Source of the DNA: Bacteroidota bacterium
GTDB taxonomy: Bacteria; Bacteroidota; Ignavibacteria; UBA10030; UBA8401
Assembly (NCBI GenBank): GCA_008933835.1
Contig: WBUG01000002.1
Location: forward strand, 62,929-126,928
Direction of reading: 5' to 3'
Length of the DNA: 64,000 nt
In this document: positions 8,403 through 17,208 of the stretch, one piece after another
How positions within the stretch are numbered: the first letter of the stretch is position 1
Layout: each line of letters starts with the position of its first letter
Notes under the pieces: model-generated
What the model was told of the DNA's origin: nothing
Database searches by the model: none
What the model saw: the letters and a program-made list of their open reading frames with translations, nothing else
Made by a program: the position numbers and the translations under genes

Positions 8403-8433
8403 CCGACCCGCACCCCGCGGGTCGGTTTTTTTT
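8403..8433 (+). terminator. Rho-independent terminator after the cytochrome cluster
   Basis: A ccgacccgc / gcgggtcgg 9-bp stem with loop acccc is followed by 8 T residues. Confidence 0.7.
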
Positions 8434-8504
8434 AAAATGCCCGTACCGTTGAGACCGGCACACGCTGTCGTTGAATTTCGTGCGGTTATTCTGTACCATG
8501 ATGC

Positions 8505-9647
8505 ATGTCCTTCATCCGTCCGCTCGCGCTCCTTTTGGCCGCCGTTCTGTCATCACCGGCGCAGGAACGGATCCTGACGGTGACCGTGTCGATGCCCGAT
8601 TCTCTTGCGAAACCCTCGCTGACGCTGTTCGTCGCCGGCAACAGACCGGAGTTCGGCAACTGGCATCCCGCGACTGCGGCGCTCGAGCGGGTGAACGACA
8701 CCGTGTGGCGCCGCTCCTGGACCTTCCCGCAGGGGAGCGTGCTGCAGTTCAAGATCACCGCCGGTTCGTGGGACGATGAGGCCGTGTACCGTGCGGACGC
8801 CGTTCCGGGCAACACCATCATTCATCTCGATTCCGACACCACCGTGCAGCTCCGACCCATCTTTTGGAAGTCGCGCCTGAAACTGGCGAAGCCCGAGCGG
8901 GCCATCGTCGGCACCGTGCGGTACCATCGCGGTCTGACCGGCGCAGGACTCGCGCATGCGCGGGACCTCATCGTGTGGCTCCCGCCGTCGTATGAAACAG
9001 CCTCCGCGAAGCGATATCCGGTGCTGTATGTGCATGACGGACAGAACATCTTCGACCCGTCGACGTCGTTCACCGGACACGACTGGAGGATGGACGAAAC
9101 GGCGGACAGTCTCATCCGCATGGGGAGGATGGAAGAGGTCATCATCGTGGGCATCGGCAATACGGCGGACCGGCTGCCGGAGTATTCCGACTCGCCGCTG
9201 GGGGACGCGTACCGGGAATTCGTCATCTCGACCGTGAAACCCCTCATTGATTCCACATACCGTACGAAACCGGACCGCCGCCATACGTCGGTGATGGGAT
9301 CGTCACTGGGAGGGTTGTGCTCGTTCCTGTTCGCATGGAAACGGCCGGACATCTTCGGGGCTGCGGCGGGTCTTTCCACCTCGTTCTGGTACGACGACGA
9401 ACGGACGCTGAAGGAGATCCGCGGACATTCGGGGGCGAAGAAAGCGGTGCGCTGGTATCTGGACTGCGGCGGGAGGGAGAAGGAACTGCTCAGCGGTTAT
9501 CGCCGTATGACGGAGATATTGAAGAAGCAGGGATACGAGAAGGGGAAGGACCTCGAGTACCACCTCGATTCGAACGGCGTCCACAACGAACTCTCATGGT
9601 CCCGCCGCACCTGGCGTCCGCTCTTATTCCTGTACGGGAAGAAGTGA
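8505..9647 (+). CDS. secreted esterase (esterase D / enterochelin-esterase-like alpha/beta hydrolase) with N-terminal CBM20-like carbohydrate-binding domain
   Basis: Signal peptide is MSFIRPLALLLAAVLSSPAQ. The N-terminal region matches a CBM20 pattern (LFVAGNRPEFGNWHP..W..LQFKITAGSW). The catalytic part has YPVLYVHDGQNIFD and a GSSLGG serine motif. Confidence 0.7.
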   Translation: MSFIRPLALLLAAVLSSPAQERILTVTVSMPDSLAKPSLTLFVAGNRPEFGNWHPATAALERVNDTVWRRSWTFPQGSVLQFKITAGSWDDEAVYRADAVPGNTIIHLDSDTTVQLRPIFWKSRLKLAKPERAIVGTVRYHRGLTGAGLAHARDLIVWLPPSYETASAKRYPVLYVHDGQNIFDPSTSFTGHDWRMDETADSLIRMGRMEEVIIVGIGNTADRLPEYSDSPLGDAYREFVISTVKPLIDSTYRTKPDRRHTSVMGSSLGGLCSFLFAWKRPDIFGAAAGLSTSFWYDDERTLKEIRGHSGAKKAVRWYLDCGGREKELLSGYRRMTEILKKQGYEKGKDLEYHLDSNGVHNELSWSRRTWRPLLFLYGKK

Positions 9648-9668
9648 ACGGCGTTCGCCGCGTTCACT
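9645..9668. terminator. candidate bidirectional hairpin between convergent esterase and purE
   Basis: The imperfect palindrome gtgaacg-N10-cgttcac overlaps both stop codons. There is no clean T-run, so it is weak. Confidence 0.3.
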
Positions 9669-10161
9669 TCTTCGTGCTGTGATGCTTCCGGTTCTTTCCC
9701 TTCGACTCCCGCTCCATCCTCTTCTTGTACGCGCTCATCTTCCTGACCAGCGATGCATCACGGACGGAGAGGATCTGTACCGCCAGCAGTCCGGCGTTCT
9801 TCCCGCCGCCGATGGCGACCGCCGCCACCGGCACGCCGCCCGGCATCTGCGCGATGGAGAGGAGGGAGTCGAGCCCGTCCAGCGAGCGGGTCTTGATGGG
9901 GACGCCGATGACCGGCAGCGGGGTGTGTGCGGCGGACATGCCGGGGAGATGTGCCGCGCCGCCGGCGCCGGCGATGAGCACCTTCAATCCGCGTCCCGCT
10001 GCGCTCCGGGCATAGGAGGCCATCAATCCCGGTGTGCGGTGTGCGGAGGTGATCTTCATCTCGAACGGAACGCCGAACTCGGTCAGCACGGCGGCCGCCT
10101 CCTGCATGGTCGGAAGGTCGCTGTCGCTTCCCATGATGATGCCGACGAGCGGTCGTTTCAT
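9664..10161 (-). CDS. purE: N5-carboxyaminoimidazole ribonucleotide mutase
   Basis: Classic PurE sequence: [38 protein letters not shown]...[16 protein letters not shown]. Confidence 0.92.
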   Translation of the reverse strand: MKRPLVGIIMGSDSDLPTMQEAAAVLTEFGVPFEMKITSAHRTPGLMASYARSAAGRGLKVLIAGAGGAAHLPGMSAAHTPLPVIGVPIKTRSLDGLDSLLSIAQMPGGVPVAAVAIGGGKNAGLLAVQILSVRDASLVRKMSAYKKRMERESKGKNRKHHSTKK

Positions 10162-10180
10162 AGTGTCTCCATTGATGGCG

Positions 10181-11317
10181 TCACAGACGGATGCGGCGCT
10201 CGGCGGCCGCCGCTTCGCGCAGCAGCGTCTCGCGGTCCTGGCCCACGAGCGTGATGTGCCCCATCTTCCTCCCGATGCGCGACGAGCGTTTCCCGTACAC
10301 GTGCAGATGCGCCGACGGGTGACGGAGCGCCGACCTGTGGACGTCGAGCAGGGACTGCGGTTCGGGGCGGCCGAGCAGATTGATCATCACCGCGGCCGGC
10401 GCCACCATCGCCGTGGAGCCGAGCGGCAGTCCCGTGACCGCACGGACATGGTTCTCGAACTGCGAGGTGACGCACGCCTCCATGGTGTAGTGGCCGGAGT
10501 TGTGCGGGCGCGGCGCCATCTCGTTCACGATCACCGTTCCGTCGGCGGCGAGGAACATCTCGATGCCGAACAGACCATACCCTTTCACCGCCTTCACGCA
10601 TTCCACCGCGATCTCCTCCGCCTCGCGCCGCGTCTTCGCCGGTATGGAGGCCGGTGCGATGACGGTGTGACAGATGTGATGCTTCTGCACCGTCTCGACC
10701 ACCGGATACACCGCCGTCTCCTTCCGTGTCCGGGCCACCATCACCGCCAGTTCGCTCCGGAAGTCGATGAACGACTCCGCCATCAGCGTCGCATGCCGTC
10801 CGGTCAGCCGTTCCACCGCCGCGCCGAACTCCTTCGACGAGCGTACCAGTGCATTGCCGTACCCGTCGTACCCCATCTTCCGCGACTTGAGAACGAACGG
10901 CGCGCCGAGCTCCGCCGCGAGCTGCGCGAACGTGCGGTTCCGTTCCACCGCCGTGAAGCGGGGGACCGGAATGCCGTGTTTCGCCAGCGCTTCTTTCTGC
11001 AGGAACTTGTCCTGGATGAGCGCGATGGTGCCGGAGGCGGGTAGCACGCTCCGTCCGGAGGCCTCGAGCAGCTCCAGCCGGTGGTGGTCCACGAACTCGT
11101 TCTCGAGCGTGATGACGTCGCACTGCTGCGCGAACTTCCGCATCAGCCGGTCGTCGTCCACCCAGCCGACGTACTCGTGCCGCGTGAGCCGGCCGGCGGG
11201 AGAGCCGGACTCCTTCTCCATGATGGCGACGTCGATACCGAGGCGGATGGCCGCCTGTGCGGACATCTTGGCGAGCTGGCCTCCTCCGAGGATGCCGAGA
11301 ACGAACGGGTGGGACAT
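10181..11317 (-). CDS. purK: N5-carboxyaminoimidazole ribonucleotide synthase (ATP-grasp)
   Basis: [34 protein letters not shown], followed by an ATP-grasp body. It is adjacent to purE. Confidence 0.9.
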   Translation of the reverse strand: MSHPFVLGILGGGQLAKMSAQAAIRLGIDVAIMEKESGSPAGRLTRHEYVGWVDDDRLMRKFAQQCDVITLENEFVDHHRLELLEASGRSVLPASGTIALIQDKFLQKEALAKHGIPVPRFTAVERNRTFAQLAAELGAPFVLKSRKMGYDGYGNALVRSSKEFGAAVERLTGRHATLMAESFIDFRSELAVMVARTRKETAVYPVVETVQKHHICHTVIAPASIPAKTRREAEEIAVECVKAVKGYGLFGIEMFLAADGTVIVNEMAPRPHNSGHYTMEACVTSQFENHVRAVTGLPLGSTAMVAPAAVMINLLGRPEPQSLLDVHRSALRHPSAHLHVYGKRSSRIGRKMGHITLVGQDRETLLREAAAAERRIRL

Positions 11318-11335
11318 GGGGACTGTTGAATGACG

Positions 11336-11367
11336 AAAAAGGAAATGTCGGACGGCTGCGGTCCGAC
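11336..11367 (-). terminator. Rho-independent terminator (minus strand) downstream of the flavoprotein gene
   Basis: A gtcggac/gtccgac 7-bp stem with a 7-nt loop; on the minus strand it is followed by atttccttttt. Confidence 0.45.
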
Positions 11368-11413
11368 ATTCATTGCATGGGAGAAGATAACCGGTTTTCG
11401 GGGGAGAAGCAAC

Positions 11414-12661
11414 TCACCGGAGGGCGGCGCTTCGTCCCGCAACGTATCCGGTCGAGAACGCCGCCTGCAGATTGTACCCGCCGACCGGCCCGGCGATGTC
11501 CAGGATCTCGCCGCAGATGAAGAGTCCCGGAACGACCGCCGATTCCATGGTGGTGGGGGAGACCTCGTTCAGCGGGATGCCTCCCGCGGTCACTTCGCCG
11601 CGGTCCAGCGGGATGCCGGAGACCGTTCCGGCGATGAACCGCTTCAGCACGGAGGCCAGCCGCCGCCGTTCCCCACGGGAGAACTGGTGCAGTTTCCGTT
11701 CCCCGTCCAGCTCTCCCTGCAGCAGCACCGGTTCGGCGAGTTTCGTCGGTATGAAATTGGCAATGAACGTCGATAGGTTCCGGTTCGGTCCTTCGGCTGC
11801 GGCGGACGTCAGCCGTTGTTCGACCGCGTCCGGGGGCGTTCCGGGGAGGAAGTCCACGGCCATCTCGACACGCTTTCCTTCTTCGAACGGCAGGAACGCC
11901 TTCTTCGATATCTCGAGCGCGGCGGGTCCGGAGAGACCGAAGTGGGTGTAGAGGATGTCTCCATCGAACGAGTCGATCGTCTCCGTTCCGCTCACGGCGG
12001 AGAGACGGCAGGAGCGCACCGGTGTCCCCTGCAGCGACGGAGGCGGTACAGGGGTGAGTTCAATCGGGGCGAGCGCTGGGCGGAGCGGTACCACGGTATG
12101 TCCCAGCGCCGTGAGCCAGCGGAATCCGTCGCCGCTCGTCCCGGTCTTCATATACGACATCCCTCCGGTCGCCACGATGACGCTCCGTGCGGTGTACCGC
12201 TCCTGCGCGGTGGTCACGACGAAAGACCCGGACGCTTCACGGATGAGGGAGAGGACGGGAGCGCCGAAGACGGACTGTACTCCCGCATCGGCGGCGGTGC
12301 GGATGAGCGCATCGAGCACATCGTCAGCATTGTGGCTCGAGGGAAAGACCTTTCCGTCTTCCCGGACGTACGTTTCGACACCCTGCTGCCGGAGAAGTTC
12401 ACGGACGGCGCCGTTCGGGAACGCATGGAACGCGAACCGGAGGAAACGCGACTCCGGCTTCTCGAACCGTTTCAGCATCGCGTCGATGGTCCCGCCGTTC
12501 GTCACGTTGCACTTTCCGCCTCCCGATATACGGATCTTGATTCCGGCGCGGGCATTCTTCTCTATTAATATTACCCGCCGGCCTCCGAGTGCGGCCTGCC
12601 ATGCGGAGAGCAGACCGGCGGCTCCGGCTCCGATGACGATGATGGTGTCTGGTGTCTCCAT
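11414..12661 (-). CDS. NAD(P)/FAD-dependent oxidoreductase, HI0933/BaiN-like flavoprotein
   Basis: N-terminal Rossmann motif IIVIGAGAAGLLSAWQAALGGRRVILIEKNARAGIKIRISGGGKCNVTN. Confidence 0.75.
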   Translation of the reverse strand: METPDTIIVIGAGAAGLLSAWQAALGGRRVILIEKNARAGIKIRISGGGKCNVTNGGTIDAMLKRFEKPESRFLRFAFHAFPNGAVRELLRQQGVETYVREDGKVFPSSHNADDVLDALIRTAADAGVQSVFGAPVLSLIREASGSFVVTTAQERYTARSVIVATGGMSYMKTGTSGDGFRWLTALGHTVVPLRPALAPIELTPVPPPSLQGTPVRSCRLSAVSGTETIDSFDGDILYTHFGLSGPAALEISKKAFLPFEEGKRVEMAVDFLPGTPPDAVEQRLTSAAAEGPNRNLSTFIANFIPTKLAEPVLLQGELDGERKLHQFSRGERRRLASVLKRFIAGTVSGIPLDRGEVTAGGIPLNEVSPTTMESAVVPGLFICGEILDIAGPVGGYNLQAAFSTGYVAGRSAALR

Positions 12662-12713
12662 TTCGCATAATATAGTGAGAACTTTGACCCCGGAGAAGCG
12701 TCTAAATCGTTGA

Positions 12714-12759
12714 TTATCACGCCATAAAAGAGTATCTTTTCAGGATTATGGCGTGGAAA
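12714..12759. promoter_or_regulatory. 10-bp perfect inverted repeat (cacgccataa-N18-ttatggcgtg) in divergent intergenic region
   Basis: Read directly from the sequence. It lies between the flavoprotein gene (minus) and uppS (plus) in a locally AT-richer stretch. Confidence 0.35.
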
Positions 12760-12799
12760 CCGATGTTCTTCACGGATTTTCAGACAATCTGAGGCGAAA

Positions 12800-13642
12800 T
12801 TGGCAAAAGGGATGTCCCGCGCAACGGGGCAGGATAAAAAGCTGCAGGAAAAGCTCCAAAAGAGCGGCGCAATTCCCCGCCATGTCGCCATCATCATGGA
12901 TGGGAACGGACGTTGGGCGAAGAAGCGCGGATTGCCGCGGGTGGCGGGTCATCATGAGGGGGTGAATTCGGTCCGGGTCATCACCGAAACCTGCGGACAG
13001 CTGGGGGTGAAGTATCTGACGCTGTACACCTTCTCCACCGAGAACTGGAAACGCCCGCAGGATGAGGTCTCCATCCTGATGCGCCTCCTCCTCAGCTCGC
13101 TCAAGGACGAATGCGACAATCTCAACCGGAACAATGTCCGGCTGAAGACCATCGGCGACTTCTCCGCCCTCCCCGAGGAGGTGCAGAACGAGTTCATCGA
13201 CGCCATCGAACTGACGAAGAACAACACCGGCCTCACGCTCGTCCTCGCGCTCAGTTACAGCGGCCGCTGGGACATCAATACGGCGGTCCGTTCCATCGCT
13301 CGCGAGGTGAAGGAGGGGCGGCTGCGTCCGGACCAGGTCACGGACGATGTCATCTCCGCGCACTTGGCGACCAAAGGAATCCCTGATCCCGACCTGCTGA
13401 TACGCACCAGCGGCGAACTCCGCATCAGCAACTTCCTCCTGTGGCAGCTCGCGTATTCCGAGATGTACGTCACTGACGTCCTCTGGCCCGACTTCCGGAA
13501 GCAGGAATTCTACGATGCCGTGACCGCCTTCCAGAACCGCGAGCGGCGGTTCGGACTGGTGAGCGAACAGGTCGGCGCCTCCGCCGCACCGGCCCCCAAG
13601 GGGGTCGTCCGCCGTCTCCTCAAGAGCGTCACCAAAATCTGA
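12800..13642 (+). CDS. uppS: isoprenyl transferase (undecaprenyl-diphosphate synthase)
   Basis: HVAIIMDGNGRWAKKRGLPRVAGHHEG and a C-terminal RRFG motif. The start is a TTG at 12800; an ATG at 12812 is an alternative. Confidence 0.88.
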   Translation: MAKGMSRATGQDKKLQEKLQKSGAIPRHVAIIMDGNGRWAKKRGLPRVAGHHEGVNSVRVITETCGQLGVKYLTLYTFSTENWKRPQDEVSILMRLLLSSLKDECDNLNRNNVRLKTIGDFSALPEEVQNEFIDAIELTKNNTGLTLVLALSYSGRWDINTAVRSIAREVKEGRLRPDQVTDDVISAHLATKGIPDPDLLIRTSGELRISNFLLWQLAYSEMYVTDVLWPDFRKQEFYDAVTAFQNRERRFGLVSEQVGASAAPAPKGVVRRLLKSVTKI

Positions 13643-13658
13643 AAGCAGACACCTCCGC

Positions 13659-16049
13659 GTGAAAACAACCATCGTGACAATCCTGGCGCTCTGTCTCACC
13701 GTACTCGGGGCCGCACAGGAGAACAGTGCGAAACAGACGAAGTACACCATCCTCGGTATCTCGGTCTCGGGCAACGAACTGGCCGAACCGGCCGCCATCA
13801 TCGGCAATTCGGGACTGAAGGTGGGGGACGAACTCACCATCCCCGGAGAGCAGACCCGCACCGCCATCCAGCGTCTTTGGAACCTCAAGATCTTCGCGAA
13901 CATCGAGGTCGAGGCGGAGAGCTTCGTCGGCGACGGCGTCTTCCTCCTCATCAAGGTGGAGGAATACCCGCGCCTGGAGAAGGTGATCTACGACGGGAAC
14001 GACGAACTGGACGCCGAGGACCTGGACAAGAAGATCAACGTCACGAAGGGACAGATCATCTCGCCGCAGGAGGTCAACAAGATCATCAAGACCATCAAGA
14101 AGGCGTACGAGGAGGAGGGATACCTGCAGGCATCGGTCACACCGGAGCTGGTGCGGTCCGAAGAGGAGGGGACGAAGGGTCGCAAGGTGCTGAAGCTCGC
14201 CATCGACGAAGGGAGCGACGCCCGCATCGCGGAGATCCTCTTCTACGGCAATGCGGCGTACGATGACGGCGACCTGAAGGACGAACTGCCGGACCTCCAT
14301 GAGAACCGGTGGTGGAAGTTCTGGCGCACCGGCAAGCTCGAACGGAAGAAGTACGACGAGGCGAAGAAGGCGCTGGTGGACTTCTACAAGAAGAACGGGT
14401 ACCGGGACGCGGAGCTGGTGACGGATTCCGTGGTGTTCAGCGCGGACAAGGAGAGCATCATCCTGAAGTTCGTCCTCTACGAAGGGCCGCAGTACAAGGT
14501 GGGGGCGGTGACGTGGGAGGGGGTCACGGTGTTCAAGACCGAACAGCTCAACCAGCGGCTCGGATTCACGCCGGGGGACGTCTACAACGTGGAGAAGTTC
14601 GAACGCAACCTGCGCGGGAACGAGGACCAGACCGACGTCGCCTCGCTCTACCTCGACAACGGCTATCTTACCGTCTCGCTCGAGCCCGAAGAGGTGAAGG
14701 TGGGTCCGGACAGTCTCAACATCGTCATCCGGGTCCGCGAGCGCAACCAGTTCAAGATCGGCGCGGTGGACATCCGCGGCAACACCAAGACGCAGGAGCG
14801 GGTCATCCGGCGGGAGCTCTATGTGCGTCCCGGCGACTACTTCAGCCGTTCCAACATCATCCGCAGCATCCGTCAGCTCTCGGTGCTGAACTACTTCAAT
14901 CCGGAAAAGATCAAACCGGACACGAAGTTCGTGGACGACAAGACGGTGGACGTCGTCTTCGAGGTGGAGGAGAAGTCCAGCGATACGTTCAACGCCTCCG
15001 TCGGGTACAGCGGAGCGTTCGGCGCCACCGGAGCGCTCGGCCTCACCTTCAACAACTTCGACATCACCGAGCCCTTCTCGGGCGGCGGCGGACAGGTGCT
15101 GAACTTCGACTGGCAGTTCGGCGAAGGGAGCCGGTACCGCACCTTCTCCATCTCCTTCCGCGAGCCGTGGGTGTACGACACGCCCACCTCGTTCGGGTTC
15201 AGCCTCTACGACACGAAGCAGGACTATTACATCAAGATCCAGCAGACCGGCGGCACCATCAGCGTCGGACGGCGGTTCAAGTGGCCGGACGACTACTTCA
15301 GCGCCACCTGGACCTTCCGTTTCCAGCAGAACAACGTCGAAGACATCTACGGTTCGAGCTACTACAGCAGCCTGTACCGCACCGGGAAGAGCAGTCAGTT
15401 CAGCATCTCGCAGGTCATCCAGCGGAACAGCGTGAACAGCCCCCTCTTCCCGACGCAGGGGAGCAACATTTCGCTCATGACCGAACTGGCCGGCGCGCCG
15501 CTCCTTCCGGGCGATGCCCACTATAATAAGCACCTCTTCAACGCCGACTTCTACGTGCCGGTGCTGAACAGCGGCCGGCTCGCGCTGTATTACGGCACAC
15601 AGTACGGCGCCATCTTCGGTTTCACGGACGCGTACAAAGACATCCCGTACATCGAGACCTTCTATATGGGCGGGACGGGCCTGGGGCAGATCGCGACCAC
15701 GCCGCTCCGGGGGTATGCGGACCGGAGCATCGCCCCCGTCGATTACGACGGCCGGTATCTGCCCGGAACGGTGATGGCGAAGCACACCGCCGAACTGCGG
15801 TTCAATGTTGCACTTAATCCGATTCCGATTTACTTTCTGGCATTCGCCGAGGCGGGAAACGTCTGGCAGAACATGACGAAGGCCGAGTTCTTCGACCTGA
15901 AACGCTCCGCGGGTCTCGGGGCGCGGCTGCTCATCAACCCCATCGGACTGCTCGGTTTCGACTACGGGTACGGCTACGACAACGCCGATCCCGCCGAGCG
16001 GTCGCCCTCCGGCTGGCAGTTCCACTTCCAGTTCGGCCGGGGATTCTGA
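13659..16049 (+). CDS. bamA: outer membrane protein assembly factor BamA
   Basis: 796 aa with a signal peptide, repeated POTRA-like segments and an Omp85 barrel ending FHFQFGRGF. GTG start. Confidence 0.9.
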   Translation: MKTTIVTILALCLTVLGAAQENSAKQTKYTILGISVSGNELAEPAAIIGNSGLKVGDELTIPGEQTRTAIQRLWNLKIFANIEVEAESFVGDGVFLLIKVEEYPRLEKVIYDGNDELDAEDLDKKINVTKGQIISPQEVNKIIKTIKKAYEEEGYLQASVTPELVRSEEEGTKGRKVLKLAIDEGSDARIAEILFYGNAAYDDGDLKDELPDLHENRWWKFWRTGKLERKKYDEAKKALVDFYKKNGYRDAELVTDSVVFSADKESIILKFVLYEGPQYKVGAVTWEGVTVFKTEQLNQRLGFTPGDVYNVEKFERNLRGNEDQTDVASLYLDNGYLTVSLEPEEVKVGPDSLNIVIRVRERNQFKIGAVDIRGNTKTQERVIRRELYVRPGDYFSRSNIIRSIRQLSVLNYFNPEKIKPDTKFVDDKTVDVVFEVEEKSSDTFNASVGYSGAFGATGALGLTFNNFDITEPFSGGGGQVLNFDWQFGEGSRYRTFSISFREPWVYDTPTSFGFSLYDTKQDYYIKIQQTGGTISVGRRFKWPDDYFSATWTFRFQQNNVEDIYGSSYYSSLYRTGKSSQFSISQVIQRNSVNSPLFPTQGSNISLMTELAGAPLLPGDAHYNKHLFNADFYVPVLNSGRLALYYGTQYGAIFGFTDAYKDIPYIETFYMGGTGLGQIATTPLRGYADRSIAPVDYDGRYLPGTVMAKHTAELRFNVALNPIPIYFLAFAEAGNVWQNMTKAEFFDLKRSAGLGARLLINPIGLLGFDYGYGYDNADPAERSPSGWQFHFQFGRGF

Positions 16050-16093
16050 CGTCCATCAAATTCATCCACCATCATCCCAACTACGAGGTCACA

Positions 16094-16615
16094 GTGAAAA
16101 CAATCGTCACCACCGTCCTGGCCGTGCTCTTGCTCAGCCCGCTGGCCGTCGCCCAGCAGGCCCCGCTGAAGATCGGCTACGTCAACTCCGAGAAGATCAT
16201 CGCCGAACTCCCCGAAGCCAAGGAATCGCAGCAGAAGCTCGAGACGATGGTGAAGGGCTGGCAGGACGAGATCGAGAAGCGGAGCCAGGCGCTCCAGGGG
16301 AAGTTCGAGGAGTATCAGAAGCAGGCGAACATGCTCAACGAGTCCGCCAAGCAGGCGCGGCAGAAGGAGCTGGTCGAAGAAGAGCAGAAGCTCAACGTGT
16401 ACCGCCAGGAGAAGCAGCAGGAGCTCGCCGTGCAGCGCGAGAAGGTCATGAAGCCGATCCAGGAGAAGGTGTTCAAGGCCATCGAGCGCGTGGCGAAGGA
16501 CAAGAAGCTCTCCTTCGTGTTCGACCGCGCCAACGAAGTGCCGGTGCTCTACGCCGACCCGACGTTCGATTACACGCCGGACGTCATCATCTATCTGAAG
16601 CGCGGCGGCAAGTAA
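16094..16615 (+). CDS. skp: OmpH/Skp periplasmic chaperone
   Basis: Signal peptide plus a coiled-coil Lys/Glu/Gln-rich body (KIGYVNSEKIIAELPEAKESQQKLE). GTG start with a gagg RBS. Confidence 0.85.
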   Translation: MKTIVTTVLAVLLLSPLAVAQQAPLKIGYVNSEKIIAELPEAKESQQKLETMVKGWQDEIEKRSQALQGKFEEYQKQANMLNESAKQARQKELVEEEQKLNVYRQEKQQELAVQREKVMKPIQEKVFKAIERVAKDKKLSFVFDRANEVPVLYADPTFDYTPDVIIYLKRGGK

Positions 16616-16658
16616 GACCGCCCGTACTGGGATCCGACTTCATCCGCACGGAGGGACC

Positions 16659-17174
16659 ATGAAACGCACGCTCATCATCGCGCTCCTGCTCGCCGCCGCG
16701 TCCTCCGCGGCGCCGGCGCAGACGAAGATCGCCTACATCAACTCGCAGTCCGTCATGGAGCAGCTGCCGGAGGCCCAGGACGCACAGAAGCAGCTCGACG
16801 CCCTGGCCCAGGAGTGGCAGAACGAGCTCACCCGCATGGCGTCCGACATCCAGCGAAAGGTGGAGGAGTACGACAAGCGCAAGCTCATCATGACCGACAA
16901 GCGCCGCGCCGAGGTGGAGAAGGAGCTGCAGGACCTCGATAAGAAGCTGGTCGAGTACCGAACGCAGAAGTTCGGCACCGCGGGGGAGATGTTCACCAAG
17001 CAGAACGAGCTCATGAAGCCCATTCAGGAGAAGATCTTCAAGGCGGTGAAGGACGTGGCGGACGCGGAGGAGTACGATTACGTGGTGGACCGGAGCAGTT
17101 CCACGCTGCTCCTGTTCGCCAATCCCAAGCACGACCTCACACAGAAGGTGCTGGAGAAGGTGCAGCAGAAATGA
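16659..17174 (+). CDS. skp: OmpH/Skp periplasmic chaperone (second paralog)
   Basis: Same architecture as the first: KIAYINSQSVMEQLPEAQDAQKQLD. Confidence 0.85.
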   Translation: MKRTLIIALLLAAASSAAPAQTKIAYINSQSVMEQLPEAQDAQKQLDALAQEWQNELTRMASDIQRKVEEYDKRKLIMTDKRRAEVEKELQDLDKKLVEYRTQKFGTAGEMFTKQNELMKPIQEKIFKAVKDVADAEEYDYVVDRSSSTLLLFANPKHDLTQKVLEKVQQK

Positions 17175-17181
17175 GACGGAG

Positions 17182-17208
17182 CGAGGCCGAAGGGCCTCGT
17201 TTTCATTT
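17182..17208 (+). terminator. candidate hairpin/attenuator between skp2 and lpxD
   Basis: A cgaggcc-gaag-ggcctcg stem-loop followed by gttttcattt; lpxD starts at 17209. Confidence 0.35.

Noticed and set aside
9645-9668. Strong terminator call between esterase and purE
   Set aside because: Only an imperfect 7-bp stem with a 10-nt loop and no U-tract. It is kept as a low-confidence feature, not a finding.
13629-16025. 798-aa minus-strand ORF antisense to bamA; similar long antisense ORFs at 43851..47261 (opposite uvrA), 59049..61217 (opposite malQ), 4995..6584, 1571..2704, 32703..34031 and 10158..11369
   Set aside because: High GC suppresses stop codons on the antisense strand. The translated products are Arg/Gly/Ala/Val-rich low-complexity sequences with no motifs, while the sense-strand genes are unambiguous.
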